A stretch of DNA of 58,008 bases from Candidatus Magasanikbacteria bacterium RIFCSPHIGHO2_02_FULL_48_18. GTDB taxonomy: Bacteria > Patescibacteriota > Patescibacteriia > Magasanikbacterales > UBA922. The stretch spans positions 84,151-142,158 of the forward strand of contig MFQC01000003.1 in assembly GCA_001784285.1 (NCBI GenBank), in the 5' to 3' direction. Below the pieces are notes generated by a model. The model was not told where the DNA came from and searched no databases. It saw nothing but the letters and a program-made list of their open reading frames with translations. Shown in pieces: positions 25,293 through 34,702 of the stretch (its first letter is position 1; the number at the start of each line of letters is the position of its first letter). A program made the translations under genes and the position numbers.

Positions 25293-26663
25293 ATGCCAAA
25301 AAAAACAAAAACAACGTGTAAAATCAATGGCGCGTACGTCGTAACGGTTGACATGGGATATGGCCACCAGCGCGCCGTGTATCCGCTCAAAGATATTGCC
25401 GCGTGCCCGCCGGGCATGATTGGGACCGATATTATCAGCGCCAATACGTATGCGGGTATTCCAAAGAGTGACAGACGGGCATGGGAAGGGAGCAGGAGAC
25501 TTTATGAAACTATTTCTCGTCTCAAAAATCTTCCTCTTGTCGGCCAAAAGATTTTTGATCTCATGGATTATTTTCAGCGGATAGAACCGTTTTATCCCCG
25601 CAGGGATCTTTCTCACCCCATCATGCAGCTCAAACAAATTTATCGCATGATTGGAAAGGGGTGGGGGAGACATTTGGTAGAAACACTCAACCAAGATCCA
25701 AAACCGCTCATTACATCTTTTTTCGCGACCGCGTTTTTTGCCGAAGAGCATGGATATAAAAGCGATATTTATTGTATTTGCACGGATACGGATATTAGCC
25801 GCGCGTGGGCGCCCCTCTCCCCACAAAAAAGCCGTATTCATTATTTCGCGCCAAACAACCGCGTGAAACAGCGATTGTTAAGTTATGGCGTGAAAGAAAA
25901 AAATATCTTTGTGACCGGGTTTCCTTTACCAAAAGAAAATATCGGCGGACCGGATTTGGATGTTTTGAAAAAAAGTCTGGGCTGCCGCATTGGCATGCTT
26001 GACCCAACCGGAAGATACCAGAAAAAATACCAGCACACCTTGGAGTATTATCTTGGCGCGAAATATTGCGGTATCAAAGCCAAGCGCCCAATCACGCTCA
26101 CCTTTGCTGTTGGAGGAGCTGGTGCGCAAAAAGATGTCGGCGCGGCAATTCTTGAAAGTCTTCACACCCATATTGATAGGGGCGACTTACAGCTCAATCT
26201 TATTGCCGGATCGCGCAATGATGTGTTTCGTTATTATGAAGATGTGGTGAACCGCTTGCACATACAAAAAAAACACCGAGGCAATGTATCGATTATTTAT
26301 CACGAAGATAAATTGGCGTATTTTCATCTTTTTAACAAAACATTGCTGACCACGGATATTTTGTGGACCAAGCCAAGCGAATTGTCATTTTATACTGGCC
26401 TTGGACTGCCGATTATTATGGCTCCTACCATTGGGTCGCAAGAAGAATTCAATCGCTCATGGCTCCATTCGGTTGGCGCCGGATTTGAACAGGAAAATCC
26501 TCGCTACACGCATGAGTGGCTGTTTGACTGGCTCCAAACCGGCTGGCTTGCCGAAGCGGCCATGAAAGGATTTATGGACGCCCCGCGGAATGGCGCGTAT
26601 CATATTGAAGATATCGTTCTCCACCATAAACAAAGTGAGATTGAGGATATGCATTTGTTGTAA
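25293..26663 (+). CDS. GT-B glycosyltransferase (GT28 / MGDG-synthase-like)
   Basis: N-terminal DMGYGHQRA. The C-terminal pattern FAVGGAGAQ...TKPSELSFYTGLGLPIIMAPTIGSQEEFN resembles the MurG/MGDG-synthase C-domain. Confidence 0.55.
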   Translation: MPKKTKTTCKINGAYVVTVDMGYGHQRAVYPLKDIAACPPGMIGTDIISANTYAGIPKSDRRAWEGSRRLYETISRLKNLPLVGQKIFDLMDYFQRIEPFYPRRDLSHPIMQLKQIYRMIGKGWGRHLVETLNQDPKPLITSFFATAFFAEEHGYKSDIYCICTDTDISRAWAPLSPQKSRIHYFAPNNRVKQRLLSYGVKEKNIFVTGFPLPKENIGGPDLDVLKKSLGCRIGMLDPTGRYQKKYQHTLEYYLGAKYCGIKAKRPITLTFAVGGAGAQKDVGAAILESLHTHIDRGDLQLNLIAGSRNDVFRYYEDVVNRLHIQKKHRGNVSIIYHEDKLAYFHLFNKTLLTTDILWTKPSELSFYTGLGLPIIMAPTIGSQEEFNRSWLHSVGAGFEQENPRYTHEWLFDWLQTGWLAEAAMKGFMDAPRNGAYHIEDIVLHHKQSEIEDMHLL

Positions 26664-26664
26664 T

Positions 26665-27588
26665 ATGTCCTGGCTTTTTATTGCCATTCTTGGTTATTTT
26701 CTTCTGGCGCTTGTCTTTATCCTCGATAAGTTGATTTTGACAAAGTCTGTCGGAAAGCCTGCGGTATATACCTTTTATTCGACCATTTTTTTATTTGGAG
26801 CTGTTTTTATTTTTCCGCTGGTGGGTTTTGAGGCGCTTCGCGGTATTGACTGGCTCTGGGCTTTTGTCTCCGGTATTGCGTTTGGATTGGCGCTTTGGAC
26901 CCTGTTTATCGCGGTAAAAAAAGGTGAGGCATCCCATATCAACCCGTTTAATGGCGCCGCAATTACGGTTGGTATTTATCTTCTGGCGTCTTTTTTTCTT
27001 GGCGAGCAGTTGACAGCCCTCCAGCAGTTTGGTTTGGTCGTCTTGGTTCTCGCGTCGCTCATATTGTCTTTTGGCGAAAAAACAAAAAATCACAACGGCA
27101 TGCATATCGGATTTTTGTGGGCGCTGATTTCCGGTTTGTTGTTTGCGGTTTCGCACGTCTCGGCAAAATATCTGTATGCGCTCTATCCATTTTGGACCGG
27201 ATTTCTTTGGACGAGAGCCACGACCGGTTTTGTGGGATTATTTCTTCTTTTGTTGCCATCGGTTCGGCGTGTTGTCTTTTCACATAATGAGAAAAAAAAT
27301 AAAAAATCAAAAACAAACGGCAAAAAATATGCCGCTGTTTTGGTGGTCTGTGATAAAATACTCAGCGTTGCATCGGCTGTGTTGATTCAATTAGCCGCGG
27401 CCATTGGAAGCGTAACGATTGTTGGCGCCATGGGCGGCTTGCAGTACGCGCTACTCTTTGTGTTTATTTATATACTCACCAAAACGCACCCGCATATTTT
27501 TAAAGAATATTTTACAAAAAAAGAAATAACGCTTGAAATTATTGCGATTGCCCTTATTATTCTTGGTTCGGCGATGTTTGTGTTATAA
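26665..27588 (+). CDS. DMT/EamA-like integral membrane protein
   Basis: About 9-10 TM segments. ATG at 26665 lies directly after the upstream stop. Confidence 0.55.
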   Translation: MSWLFIAILGYFLLALVFILDKLILTKSVGKPAVYTFYSTIFLFGAVFIFPLVGFEALRGIDWLWAFVSGIAFGLALWTLFIAVKKGEASHINPFNGAAITVGIYLLASFFLGEQLTALQQFGLVVLVLASLILSFGEKTKNHNGMHIGFLWALISGLLFAVSHVSAKYLYALYPFWTGFLWTRATTGFVGLFLLLLPSVRRVVFSHNEKKNKKSKTNGKKYAAVLVVCDKILSVASAVLIQLAAAIGSVTIVGAMGGLQYALLFVFIYILTKTHPHIFKEYFTKKEITLEIIAIALIILGSAMFVL

Positions 27589-27608
27589 CATTGACGCGGG
27601 GAGCGAGT

Positions 27609-28622
27609 ATGCCCAAATTTTTCTTTATCACAGGAGCTGTTCTCCTTTTTCTTTTCACAGTATGGCTGTTTTTGGCGTTTGCGAGCACAAAAACATATCC
27701 GGTGAATTTTGGTATCAGTTTTAATCAAAATCACGCGGCGAGCCTTGGACTCAATTGGAAAGACACCTATCTTGCCCTGCTCGAAGATCTTCATCCTCAA
27801 TATATTCGTATCGCGGCCATGTGGAGCGAGGTAGAAAAGGAAGATGGGATATTTGATTACAGCGATGTTGATTGGATGATGAATGAAGCACAAAAGAATG
27901 GCGCGAAAGTCCTTTTGGTGGTGGGGCAAAAAGCGCCGCGATGGCCGGAGTGCCATGTGCCTTCTTGGGTTCATGACAAAAATTCAGAAAGAGCGGCGTA
28001 TGTGTTTCGTTATATACAGACAACGGTTCTCCGCTATGCCAATCATCCTGCGCTTGAATTTTGGCAAGTGGAAAATGAGCCTTTTATTCGGTTTGCGTTC
28101 GGCGACTGCGCTGGCTATGACAACACCATATTTGGAGAAGAAGTGGAGCTGGTCCGACAGACTGATCCCATTCACGAAATTATCGTGACTGACAGCGGTG
28201 AGCTCAGCACCTGGCGAAGAGCCAGTAGAGCAGGGGATATTTTTGGGAGTACCCTGTACAGGGTTGTGCGAACGCCGAGAGGATTTATTTTTTCATACAA
28301 CTGGCTTCCGGCAAGTTTTTATCGCTTCAAATCAATGTTCTGGGGACGCCGGTATGAAAATTTTTTTATTGTCGAACTTCAGGCCGAGCCATGGTTTACA
28401 GACACGACGCCGCTCGATACTCCTATTCATGTACAGGAAGAAACCATGGACCCAATTCGAATGAAAAAACATATCGCGTATGCCCGGCATGTCGGCGCGT
28501 CGCGCGCGTATTTTTGGGGGGTGGAGTGGTGGTATTTTATGAAAGAAAAAAATGGGGACGCGCGGTATTGGGACATTGCGAAAGAGACACTTTTATCTCC
28601 CAAACAAAAAACAGGCGAATAA
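27609..28622 (+). CDS. Membrane-anchored glycoside hydrolase (clan GH-A TIM barrel)
   Basis: N-terminal TM segment. Also has YIRIAAMWSEVE and the acid/base motif WQVENEP. Confidence 0.6.
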   Translation: MPKFFFITGAVLLFLFTVWLFLAFASTKTYPVNFGISFNQNHAASLGLNWKDTYLALLEDLHPQYIRIAAMWSEVEKEDGIFDYSDVDWMMNEAQKNGAKVLLVVGQKAPRWPECHVPSWVHDKNSERAAYVFRYIQTTVLRYANHPALEFWQVENEPFIRFAFGDCAGYDNTIFGEEVELVRQTDPIHEIIVTDSGELSTWRRASRAGDIFGSTLYRVVRTPRGFIFSYNWLPASFYRFKSMFWGRRYENFFIVELQAEPWFTDTTPLDTPIHVQEETMDPIRMKKHIAYARHVGASRAYFWGVEWWYFMKEKNGDARYWDIAKETLLSPKQKTGE

Positions 28623-28640
28623 TCACCTGGTTTTCTCAAC

Positions 28641-28677
28641 AAAAAATATTCAATATTAAAATATTGAATATTTTTTT
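28641..28677. repeat. 17-bp AT-only perfect inverted repeat (possible bidirectional terminator)
   Basis: AAAAAATATTCAATATT-AA-AATATTGAATATTTTTT lies between the GH gene and tRNA-Val. Confidence 0.4.
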
Positions 28678-28679
28678 CG

Positions 28680-28753
28680 TGCGCATCAAGAGATTCGAAC
28701 TCCTGACCCCCTCAGTGTAAATGAGGTGCTCTAACCAACTGAGCTAGATGCGC
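28680..28753 (-). tRNA. tRNA-Val (anticodon TAC), CCA not encoded
   Basis: Reverse complement GCGCATC-TA-GCTC-AGTTGGTTA-GAGC-A-CCTCA-TTTACAC-TGAGG-GGGTC-AGGAG-TTCGAAT-CTCTT-GATGCGC-A folds as a cloverleaf. Confidence 0.9.
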
Positions 28754-28818
28754 TTAAAACAAAAAAATTATAGCAAAAATACTCAAAAAGTCAATGATAT
28801 GTTATACTTTTTTTCTAT

Positions 28819-30012
28819 ATGCACCATCTGACTACATATCAGCGCATAAAAAATGGAAAAATTTTTTTTCATCATGGACGTTTTCGCCGCGAGCTTTCTC
28901 TTTGGGAAGGCGTCATTCTTATTGTAAGCGGCACCATTGGAGCCGGAGTATTGGGTATTCCGTACGCAATAGCACAGTCCGGAGTCCTCATTGGCGTCCT
29001 CTCTATTTTTGGGATTGGCCTTTTTATGATGGGGCTCAATCTTTTGATTGGCGAAGTGGCATTGCGAACAGGAAAAACGCTTCAGTTGCCCGGACTCGCA
29101 AAAAAATATCTTGGAAATTTTTGGGGGTCTTTTATGACCCTTATGGTATACCTCATTCTTTTTGGCGTTTTGGTCGTGTATATTATTGGCGAAGGGGCGA
29201 CGCTTGCCGCGCTTTTTGGCGGGCCGCACGTATTGTGGAGCACGCTCTTTTTTATTGTTGGGGCCATACTCGTCGCCTCGGGACTCCGAACCATTGAAAA
29301 AATAGATTTTATTTTGCTGTTTGGCATTTTATCCATTGTTATTTTTATTGCCGCCTTGAGCTTGCGCCATGTGGATGTGTCATATATGAAACATATCAAT
29401 ATCGCGCAGGTGCTTTTTCCTTATGGCGTTATTTTATTTGCGTTTCACAGCACCACAGCCATTCCGGAAGCCTATTCTCTTCTAAAAAATAAAGGCCAGA
29501 CATTCCGCCGCGCCATTATTTATGCGAGCGTTATTACCATAGTAGTGTACGCGGTATTTTCTCTTGTCGTGGTTGGGGTGACCGGAGAACAGACAACCGA
29601 AATTGCCACGATTGGTCTTGGCAAAAAAATTGGCGCGGTTATGTTTTTGCTGGGAAATTTATTCGCTTTTTTTGCCATGGGGACGAGTTATCTTATGGCA
29701 TCCGTTGCGGTAAAAGATTCTCTCACGTGGGATTACAAGGTTCCACAGTGGGCGTCTCTTGCAATGGTTATAGGGATTCCGTATATTGTATTTTTGGCGG
29801 GTATTCGGGGTTTTATTTCAGCGCTCGATATTATTGGAGGCGTGTTTGGAAGCATTGAAATGATACTTATTGTCTTTATTTATTGGAAAGCGCGGCAAAT
29901 GGGGCATCTCAATAAAAATGGCTATCGGCTTCACCACGCGCTTTTGCTGAGTATTGTTCTTCTGACAGCCCTCAGTATCGGGGCGGCATACAGTGTTATC
30001 AAGTTATTTTAA
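28819..30012 (+). CDS. Amino-acid permease (aromatic/hydroxy amino-acid permease-like, APC superfamily)
   Basis: [20 protein letters not shown]-terminal motif and about 11 TM segments. Confidence 0.7.
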   Translation: MHHLTTYQRIKNGKIFFHHGRFRRELSLWEGVILIVSGTIGAGVLGIPYAIAQSGVLIGVLSIFGIGLFMMGLNLLIGEVALRTGKTLQLPGLAKKYLGNFWGSFMTLMVYLILFGVLVVYIIGEGATLAALFGGPHVLWSTLFFIVGAILVASGLRTIEKIDFILLFGILSIVIFIAALSLRHVDVSYMKHINIAQVLFPYGVILFAFHSTTAIPEAYSLLKNKGQTFRRAIIYASVITIVVYAVFSLVVVGVTGEQTTEIATIGLGKKIGAVMFLLGNLFAFFAMGTSYLMASVAVKDSLTWDYKVPQWASLAMVIGIPYIVFLAGIRGFISALDIIGGVFGSIEMILIVFIYWKARQMGHLNKNGYRLHHALLLSIVLLTALSIGAAYSVIKLF

Positions 30013-30032
30013 AGTTTGTAACCATTGTCAAC

Positions 30033-30061
30033 TTGAATGTTTTTGCCCGCTTCGCTATACT
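30033..30061 (+). promoter_or_regulatory. Sigma70-type promoter of metK
   Basis: TTGAAT (30033-30038), 17-nt spacer, TATACT (30056-30061). Confidence 0.55.
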
Positions 30062-30223
30062 GCTTTTGTCCTTAAAATAAGAAGGGTTTTATTCACCCGT
30101 TCAAATGATGGTGTTCGTTGTGGGATGGTTTTATTCCGCCGCATGGCGGGATTACTATTCCGCAACGTCCAAATTCCGTCGATCGGCGGGGTGTCTATCT
30201 TTTTGAACGCGAATTTTTTTGGT
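30062..30223 (+). promoter_or_regulatory. Long metK 5' leader with alternative-pairing repeats (candidate riboswitch/attenuator, class not recognised)
   Basis: ATTCCG(C/T) occurs three times (30133, 30157, 30173). GGCGGG(A/G)T occurs twice (30145, 30185) and both copies are complementary to ATTCCGCC. T-runs lie at 30200-30204 and 30214-30220. Confidence 0.3.
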
Positions 30224-31387
30224 ATGCCAGAAAAAATACTTTTTACATCAGAGTCCGTGACTGAGGGTCATCCAGATAAAATTTGTGACCAAATTTCCGA
30301 CGCGGTGCTTGACGCGGTTTTGAAAGACGACCCCGACGGCGCGTGTTGTTGCGAAGTCTTTACGACCACCGGATTGGTGGTAGTCGGGGGAGAAATCAGC
30401 ACAAAAACGTACGTGGATATTCCTTCAATTGTTCGCGGCGTACTCAAAGACATTGGGTATACAAATCCGGATTTTGGCATTGATTATAAAAGTTGTGGCG
30501 TTATTGTGGCAGTGGATGAACAAAGCCCCAATATCGCCCAAGGAGAAAAGGAAGTGGAAGGGCATCCACACAAAGCGCAGGGGGCGGGGGACCAGGGAAT
30601 GATGTTTGGATTTGCATGCAAAGAAACGCCCGAACTCATGCCGCTTCCCATTATGCTCGCGCACGGTCTCACAAAAAAATTGTCCCACGTCCGAAAAAAA
30701 GGCGTCTTGCCCTATTTGCGGCCGGATGGAAAAAGCCAGGTAACCGTGGAGTATGTTGACGGCAAGCCCAAGCGCATTGACGCGGTGGTCATTGCGGCTC
30801 AGCACGATCCGGATGTGACACTTGCACAACTGAGAGATGACATTATCCGCGAAATCATCAAACCCGTGTGCGGCGAATATATTGACAATGAAACACGATA
30901 TTATATCAACGAAACCGGGGCGTTTATTATTGGCGGGCCCCAGGGAGACACCGGAGTCACGGGCCGGAAAATTATTGTGGATACATACGGCGGCATGGGA
31001 CGCCATGGCGGAGGCGCGTTTTCCGGAAAAGTGCCGAATAAACAAGATCGTTCAGGCGCTTATATGGCCCGCTATATCGCCAAAAACATCGTTGCCGCGG
31101 ATTTGGCGGATAAATGCGAAGTACAGCTCTCATACGCCATTGGCTACCCGGAACCGATTAGCGTTTTGGTGGAAACATTCGGCACCGGCAAAGTGAACAA
31201 TGAAAAATTGGTTTCGGCTGTCCGTGACGTTTTTGATTTAACGCCGGCCGGAACCATTCGCCAGCTTGATCTGAAGCGCCCCATCTATCGCGACACTGCC
31301 GCCTACGGGCATTTTGGACGCGAGGAATTTCCGTGGGAAAAAAAAGACAAAGTTGACGAGTTGAAAGCCAAGTGCCATACTACCTAA
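30224..31387 (+). CDS. metK: S-adenosylmethionine synthetase
   Basis: [32 protein letters not shown] and GGGAFSGK motifs. Start at [10 protein letters not shown]; the upstream extension in the ORF track is rejected. Confidence 0.95.
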   Translation: MPEKILFTSESVTEGHPDKICDQISDAVLDAVLKDDPDGACCCEVFTTTGLVVVGGEISTKTYVDIPSIVRGVLKDIGYTNPDFGIDYKSCGVIVAVDEQSPNIAQGEKEVEGHPHKAQGAGDQGMMFGFACKETPELMPLPIMLAHGLTKKLSHVRKKGVLPYLRPDGKSQVTVEYVDGKPKRIDAVVIAAQHDPDVTLAQLRDDIIREIIKPVCGEYIDNETRYYINETGAFIIGGPQGDTGVTGRKIIVDTYGGMGRHGGGAFSGKVPNKQDRSGAYMARYIAKNIVAADLADKCEVQLSYAIGYPEPISVLVETFGTGKVNNEKLVSAVRDVFDLTPAGTIRQLDLKRPIYRDTAAYGHFGREEFPWEKKDKVDELKAKCHTT

Positions 31388-31411
31388 ACCTTATTTTTAA
31401 CTGTATATTGT

Positions 31412-31729
31412 ATGGAGGGAAAAAACACCATGACCGTGTATGATCTGTTCTTGTTTCTCCAAGAACACATGGTCACAAAGGGCGAACTCAAAGAAGAATT
31501 GGGAAAGGTAAAGAACGAACTGAGGACTGAAATGCACACGACATTTGCCACAAAGGAAGAAATGTCATTTCGATTCTCAGAAGTGATGACTCGCTTTGAT
31601 GGTGTTGATAAAGAAATAGTGGAAATAAAAGACTGGATACGGAGAGTGGACATACGCACGCAAGAAGACGTAGACGCGATTGCCAGAGATGTGTTATTTT
31701 TGCGGAAATATATTATGCGAGTTGTATAA
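31412..31729 (+). CDS. Small coiled-coil hypothetical protein
   Basis: 105-aa ORF followed by a clean terminator. No family recognised. Confidence 0.5.
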   Translation: MEGKNTMTVYDLFLFLQEHMVTKGELKEELGKVKNELRTEMHTTFATKEEMSFRFSEVMTRFDGVDKEIVEIKDWIRRVDIRTQEDVDAIARDVLFLRKYIMRVV

Positions 31730-31732
31730 GAC

Positions 31733-31763
31733 AAAAAAACCGCTTTTGACTAGCGGTTTTTTT
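31733..31763 (+). terminator. Rho-independent terminator
   Basis: AAAAAAACCGCT-TTTGACT-AGCGGTTTTTTT. Confidence 0.8.
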
Positions 31764-31827
31764 AAAAATGGAGTAGGCGCAATTTTTTTGATTTTTACGC
31801 AAAAAAAGCGTACACTATCTGCCGACT

Positions 31828-32676
31828 ATGTCCATTTTCCACGCCCTCACTTTAGGAATTATTCAAGGTCTTACCGAATTTTTGCCGGTTTCTTCATCCG
31901 GGCATCTTATTTTTTTGCCAAAATTGTTCGGCTGGGCAGATCAAGGACTTTCATTTGATGTGGTGGTTCATCTGGGGACACTTGTCGCCGTTATTTTTTA
32001 TTTTCGCAAAAAATTGTGGCGCATCCTGAAGAGTTTTTTTGTTATGGACAAAGGATTGCGCGTGGAGTTTTCGTTGGGAAACGAAAAAAGTACCAGTCCG
32101 CACGCATACAGAAAAATTGGTTTTTTTCTCATCCTCTCCATTATTCCGGCAGGACTCGTTGGTTTTTTTTTCAATGATTGGGTGGAACAGAATCTCCGCC
32201 AGACATGGATTATTGGCGCGAGCCTCATTGGGTGGGGGCTTTTTTTGGGCCTTGCGGATTTTGTGAGCCGTTCTCGCATACGACAGGGAAATCTTCTTTC
32301 GCATATGACGTCGAAAGATGCCCTTTTTATCGGTTGTGCCCAGGCCATTGCGCTTATCCCCGGGACCAGCCGTTCCGGTATTACCATGACTGCGGGTCTT
32401 TTTGCGAAATTGGACCGGCAGTCCGCGGCAGAGTTTTCTTTTTTGATGAGCGTTCCCATTATCGCGCTTGCCGGCGGTTTAAAACTTTTTGAGCTCGCGC
32501 AAACCGGTTTGGGTGATGCCGCGTTCTTTCCTTTGTTGGTTGGTTTTTGCGCTGCCGCTGTGAGCGGTTTTTGCGGCATTTGGGTATTGATGCGCGTTAT
32601 TAAATGGTGGAGTTTTTTGCCGTTTGTGGTGTATCGCGTTCTTTTGGGACTGGGAATTCTTTTATTTTTTCGTTGA
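31828..32676 (+). CDS. uppP: Undecaprenyl-diphosphatase
   Basis: GIIQGLTEFLPVSSSGHL and PGTSRSGITM motifs. Confidence 0.9.
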   Translation: MSIFHALTLGIIQGLTEFLPVSSSGHLIFLPKLFGWADQGLSFDVVVHLGTLVAVIFYFRKKLWRILKSFFVMDKGLRVEFSLGNEKSTSPHAYRKIGFFLILSIIPAGLVGFFFNDWVEQNLRQTWIIGASLIGWGLFLGLADFVSRSRIRQGNLLSHMTSKDALFIGCAQAIALIPGTSRSGITMTAGLFAKLDRQSAAEFSFLMSVPIIALAGGLKLFELAQTGLGDAAFFPLLVGFCAAAVSGFCGIWVLMRVIKWWSFLPFVVYRVLLGLGILLFFR

Positions 32677-32740
32677 TTGTAAACAGAAAATTTTTGTAAA
32701 GAAGACAGCTAAGAGTACCAAAAAAAACGTATAAAAATGA

Positions 32741-32814
32741 CGAAGCCTCGGTACACGTTTCGTTCGCAGGCGCACACTCGCGGTGCCGCCGGCGGACAAC
32801 AGTGTCCGAGGCTT
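32741..32814 (-). terminator. Long GC-rich hairpin downstream of the OPT gene
   Basis: On the minus strand, GAAGCCTCGGACAC pairs with GTGTACCGAGGCTTC (1-nt bulge), followed by the T-rich tract gtcatttttatacgtttttttt. The large loop contains the palindrome CCGCCGGCGG. Confidence 0.4.
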
Positions 32815-32845
32815 CTCCTTTCTCCTTTGGGGCATGTGGCCGCCC

Positions 32846-34555
32846 CTAGCCGTTTGGCAGTAGCCCGACGATCTTGAGCCCTGCCTGCAGGATCCCCCCG
32901 ATCCCTTCGCCGACGATGCATGCGATCGCGAGCGTATTCAAGCTCACCTCCTTGACCTTCAGGTACCGGCCAAGGACGTAGAACATCATGACCCCGCCGG
33001 CGAAGAACCCGAAGTCGTAGAAGACCGGCAGAATCAGGGCGAGGCCGAAGCCGATCGAACTCGGCAGGAAGCGGCGAATCTTGGACCGGCTCTCGAGGAG
33101 CGCCCAGACAACGCCGGCAATCCCGCCGATCCACATGCTCTCGACCGCAAACGGGGGGAGGTTGATGGCACTCTCGGGGTCGAACAACAACCCCATGATC
33201 GCCCAGATCTTCGCTACCGGCGCGGCCAGTCCGCCCTCCGCGTCGAGGCTGAGCACGAAGTTGGCGTTTATGAGCGAGAAGGCCACCGCGGCCACAAGCG
33301 CACAACCGAGAACCGTCGATGTTTGCGTCCAGAACTGCCACGACGACTTGACCCGGTACCAAAACCCATAGGCCATGTCGTTTGTGAGATTGCCGCCCTG
33401 GGCACCGCTCCCGGCCACGAATCCGGCGCCCGTCAGGCTCTGGTTGACATTCGACGCCCCGACCAGGGCGTTGATCCCCATGAGGAGGATGCCCATGACG
33501 CGCGCCGGGTTGAAGTACGTCTGGGCCGCGACCCGTGTCGCTATCAGATTCAACAGAAGCCCACCGACCACCATCATCGTCACGATGATGGTCAAGCCAA
33601 GCTTGAAGTTGAAGTACATGAATCCTGTCGTCAGGAGGACACCACCGACCGTAAAGGCCAGCATCGTCCTCTTCGACATGATAGGGTCATCGTCGTGTCC
33701 GCCTTTGACGTCAAAGAGCGAAGCAATGGCCGAGCCGATGACCCGCCAGTTGACCGCGAGCGCCGTGAGGCCCGCGGTGGTCAGGAACATGACGCCGGGC
33801 CACACGTAGGTGTGTGGCGCGGCCGGCCTTGGCAGGTAGGGCGCCATGATGAGGAGTGCGATCCCGCCGACCAGGAACCCCACGCAGGTGCGGAACCCCA
33901 TGAGGTACGCGCCGCCCCAGACGAACGGGGAGAACGCGATCCCCGCGCTGTAGGCCGAGAGCCCCCCGAGCGTTATCATCCCTACCTCCGGGAACCAGCC
34001 AACGCCGGAGGAGTTGAAAATAACATACAGAATGGCCACGCTGAGAAACACGACCAGATAGCGGGGCTGGAGCGACCCAGCGCTGTGCTCGAGCAGGGGA
34101 TCGATCATCCCTTTGACGGCCTTGGCACCCACCCACGGGAGTCGTTCATCCTCGGGGAGTTCCGCGTCCTTTATGATGAGGATCTGCCGGAGGAGAATGA
34201 CCGAAATCAGGCCGATGATGCTCGTCACCGTTGCGAAGATGGTCATATCCCAGATGGTATAGGGCGTTGCGCCCGTCTTCGCCGCGATCATGGCCTGCGC
34301 GGCAAAGAAGTTGGAGATGAAGCCGAGGCTTCCGCCCGCACTGCCCATGGTGGCCACGATGACCATCTCACTCGTCGTGATTTTCTTCGCCGATCGGACG
34401 AACATGGCGAAGAAGAACAACGCCGCGATGGCGGGTCCCTCTTCCATGATTCCGAACGACAGCGTCAGGTAGCTATTCACCGCGCACATGACGAGCGCGA
34501 GAATGTACCCGACGACGAAACTGCGCGTCGTCAGCCTGTGTTCCACGCGTTCCAC
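32846..34555 (-). CDS. OPT-family oligopeptide transporter (GC-rich island)
   Basis: 569 aa with about 14-16 TM segments. The N-terminus LTTRSFVVGYILALVMCAVNSYLTLSFGIMEEGPAIAA resembles the OPT N-terminal block. Confidence 0.75.
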   Translation of the reverse strand: MERVEHRLTTRSFVVGYILALVMCAVNSYLTLSFGIMEEGPAIAALFFFAMFVRSAKKITTSEMVIVATMGSAGGSLGFISNFFAAQAMIAAKTGATPYTIWDMTIFATVTSIIGLISVILLRQILIIKDAELPEDERLPWVGAKAVKGMIDPLLEHSAGSLQPRYLVVFLSVAILYVIFNSSGVGWFPEVGMITLGGLSAYSAGIAFSPFVWGGAYLMGFRTCVGFLVGGIALLIMAPYLPRPAAPHTYVWPGVMFLTTAGLTALAVNWRVIGSAIASLFDVKGGHDDDPIMSKRTMLAFTVGGVLLTTGFMYFNFKLGLTIIVTMMVVGGLLLNLIATRVAAQTYFNPARVMGILLMGINALVGASNVNQSLTGAGFVAGSGAQGGNLTNDMAYGFWYRVKSSWQFWTQTSTVLGCALVAAVAFSLINANFVLSLDAEGGLAAPVAKIWAIMGLLFDPESAINLPPFAVESMWIGGIAGVVWALLESRSKIRRFLPSSIGFGLALILPVFYDFGFFAGGVMMFYVLGRYLKVKEVSLNTLAIACIVGEGIGGILQAGLKIVGLLPNG

Positions 34556-34702
34556 GTTTCACCTCTCTTGTTGTGGAACAAAAAAAGAGCGACCCCAACA
34601 TGGGGCCCTCCTTCGTTGCACAAGTCTTTCATGCCTTGGATATTTTGTCAATAATTTGCTTTTTTAGCTAAAATCGCTATACTCAGACCATTATTTCTCT
34701 CT

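Noticed and set aside
23827-25344. + strand ORFs of 258 aa (23827-24603) and 190 aa (24772-25344), plus several 90-160-aa ORFs in 23.1-24.0 kb.
   Set aside because: They are antisense or out of frame relative to the two alpha/beta-hydrolase genes, which carry recognisable motifs. This is a GC-rich ORF-inflation artefact.
29993-30223. 77-residue N-terminal extension of MetK in the ORF track.
   Set aside because: The canonical MetK N-terminus ([19 protein letters not shown]) starts at 30224. The extension overlaps the permease gene's end and contains a strong promoter.
30062-30223. Tried to match the metK leader to the SAM-I, SAM-II/V, SMK and SAM/SAH cores.
   Set aside because: No convincing consensus core was recognisable by eye. 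It is kept only as an unclassified structured-leader candidate.
32709-33362. 217-aa minus-strand ORF overlapping the OPT gene's 3' part.
   Set aside because: It is in a different frame of the same GC-rich gene. It is Arg/Pro/Gly-rich and shows no motifs.
33323-34654. 443-aa + strand ORF, the longest 'novel' ORF in this region.
   Set aside because: It is entirely antisense to the OPT transporter gene in ~60% GC DNA. Its R/H/D/E/P-rich low-complexity composition is typical of spurious antisense ORFs.
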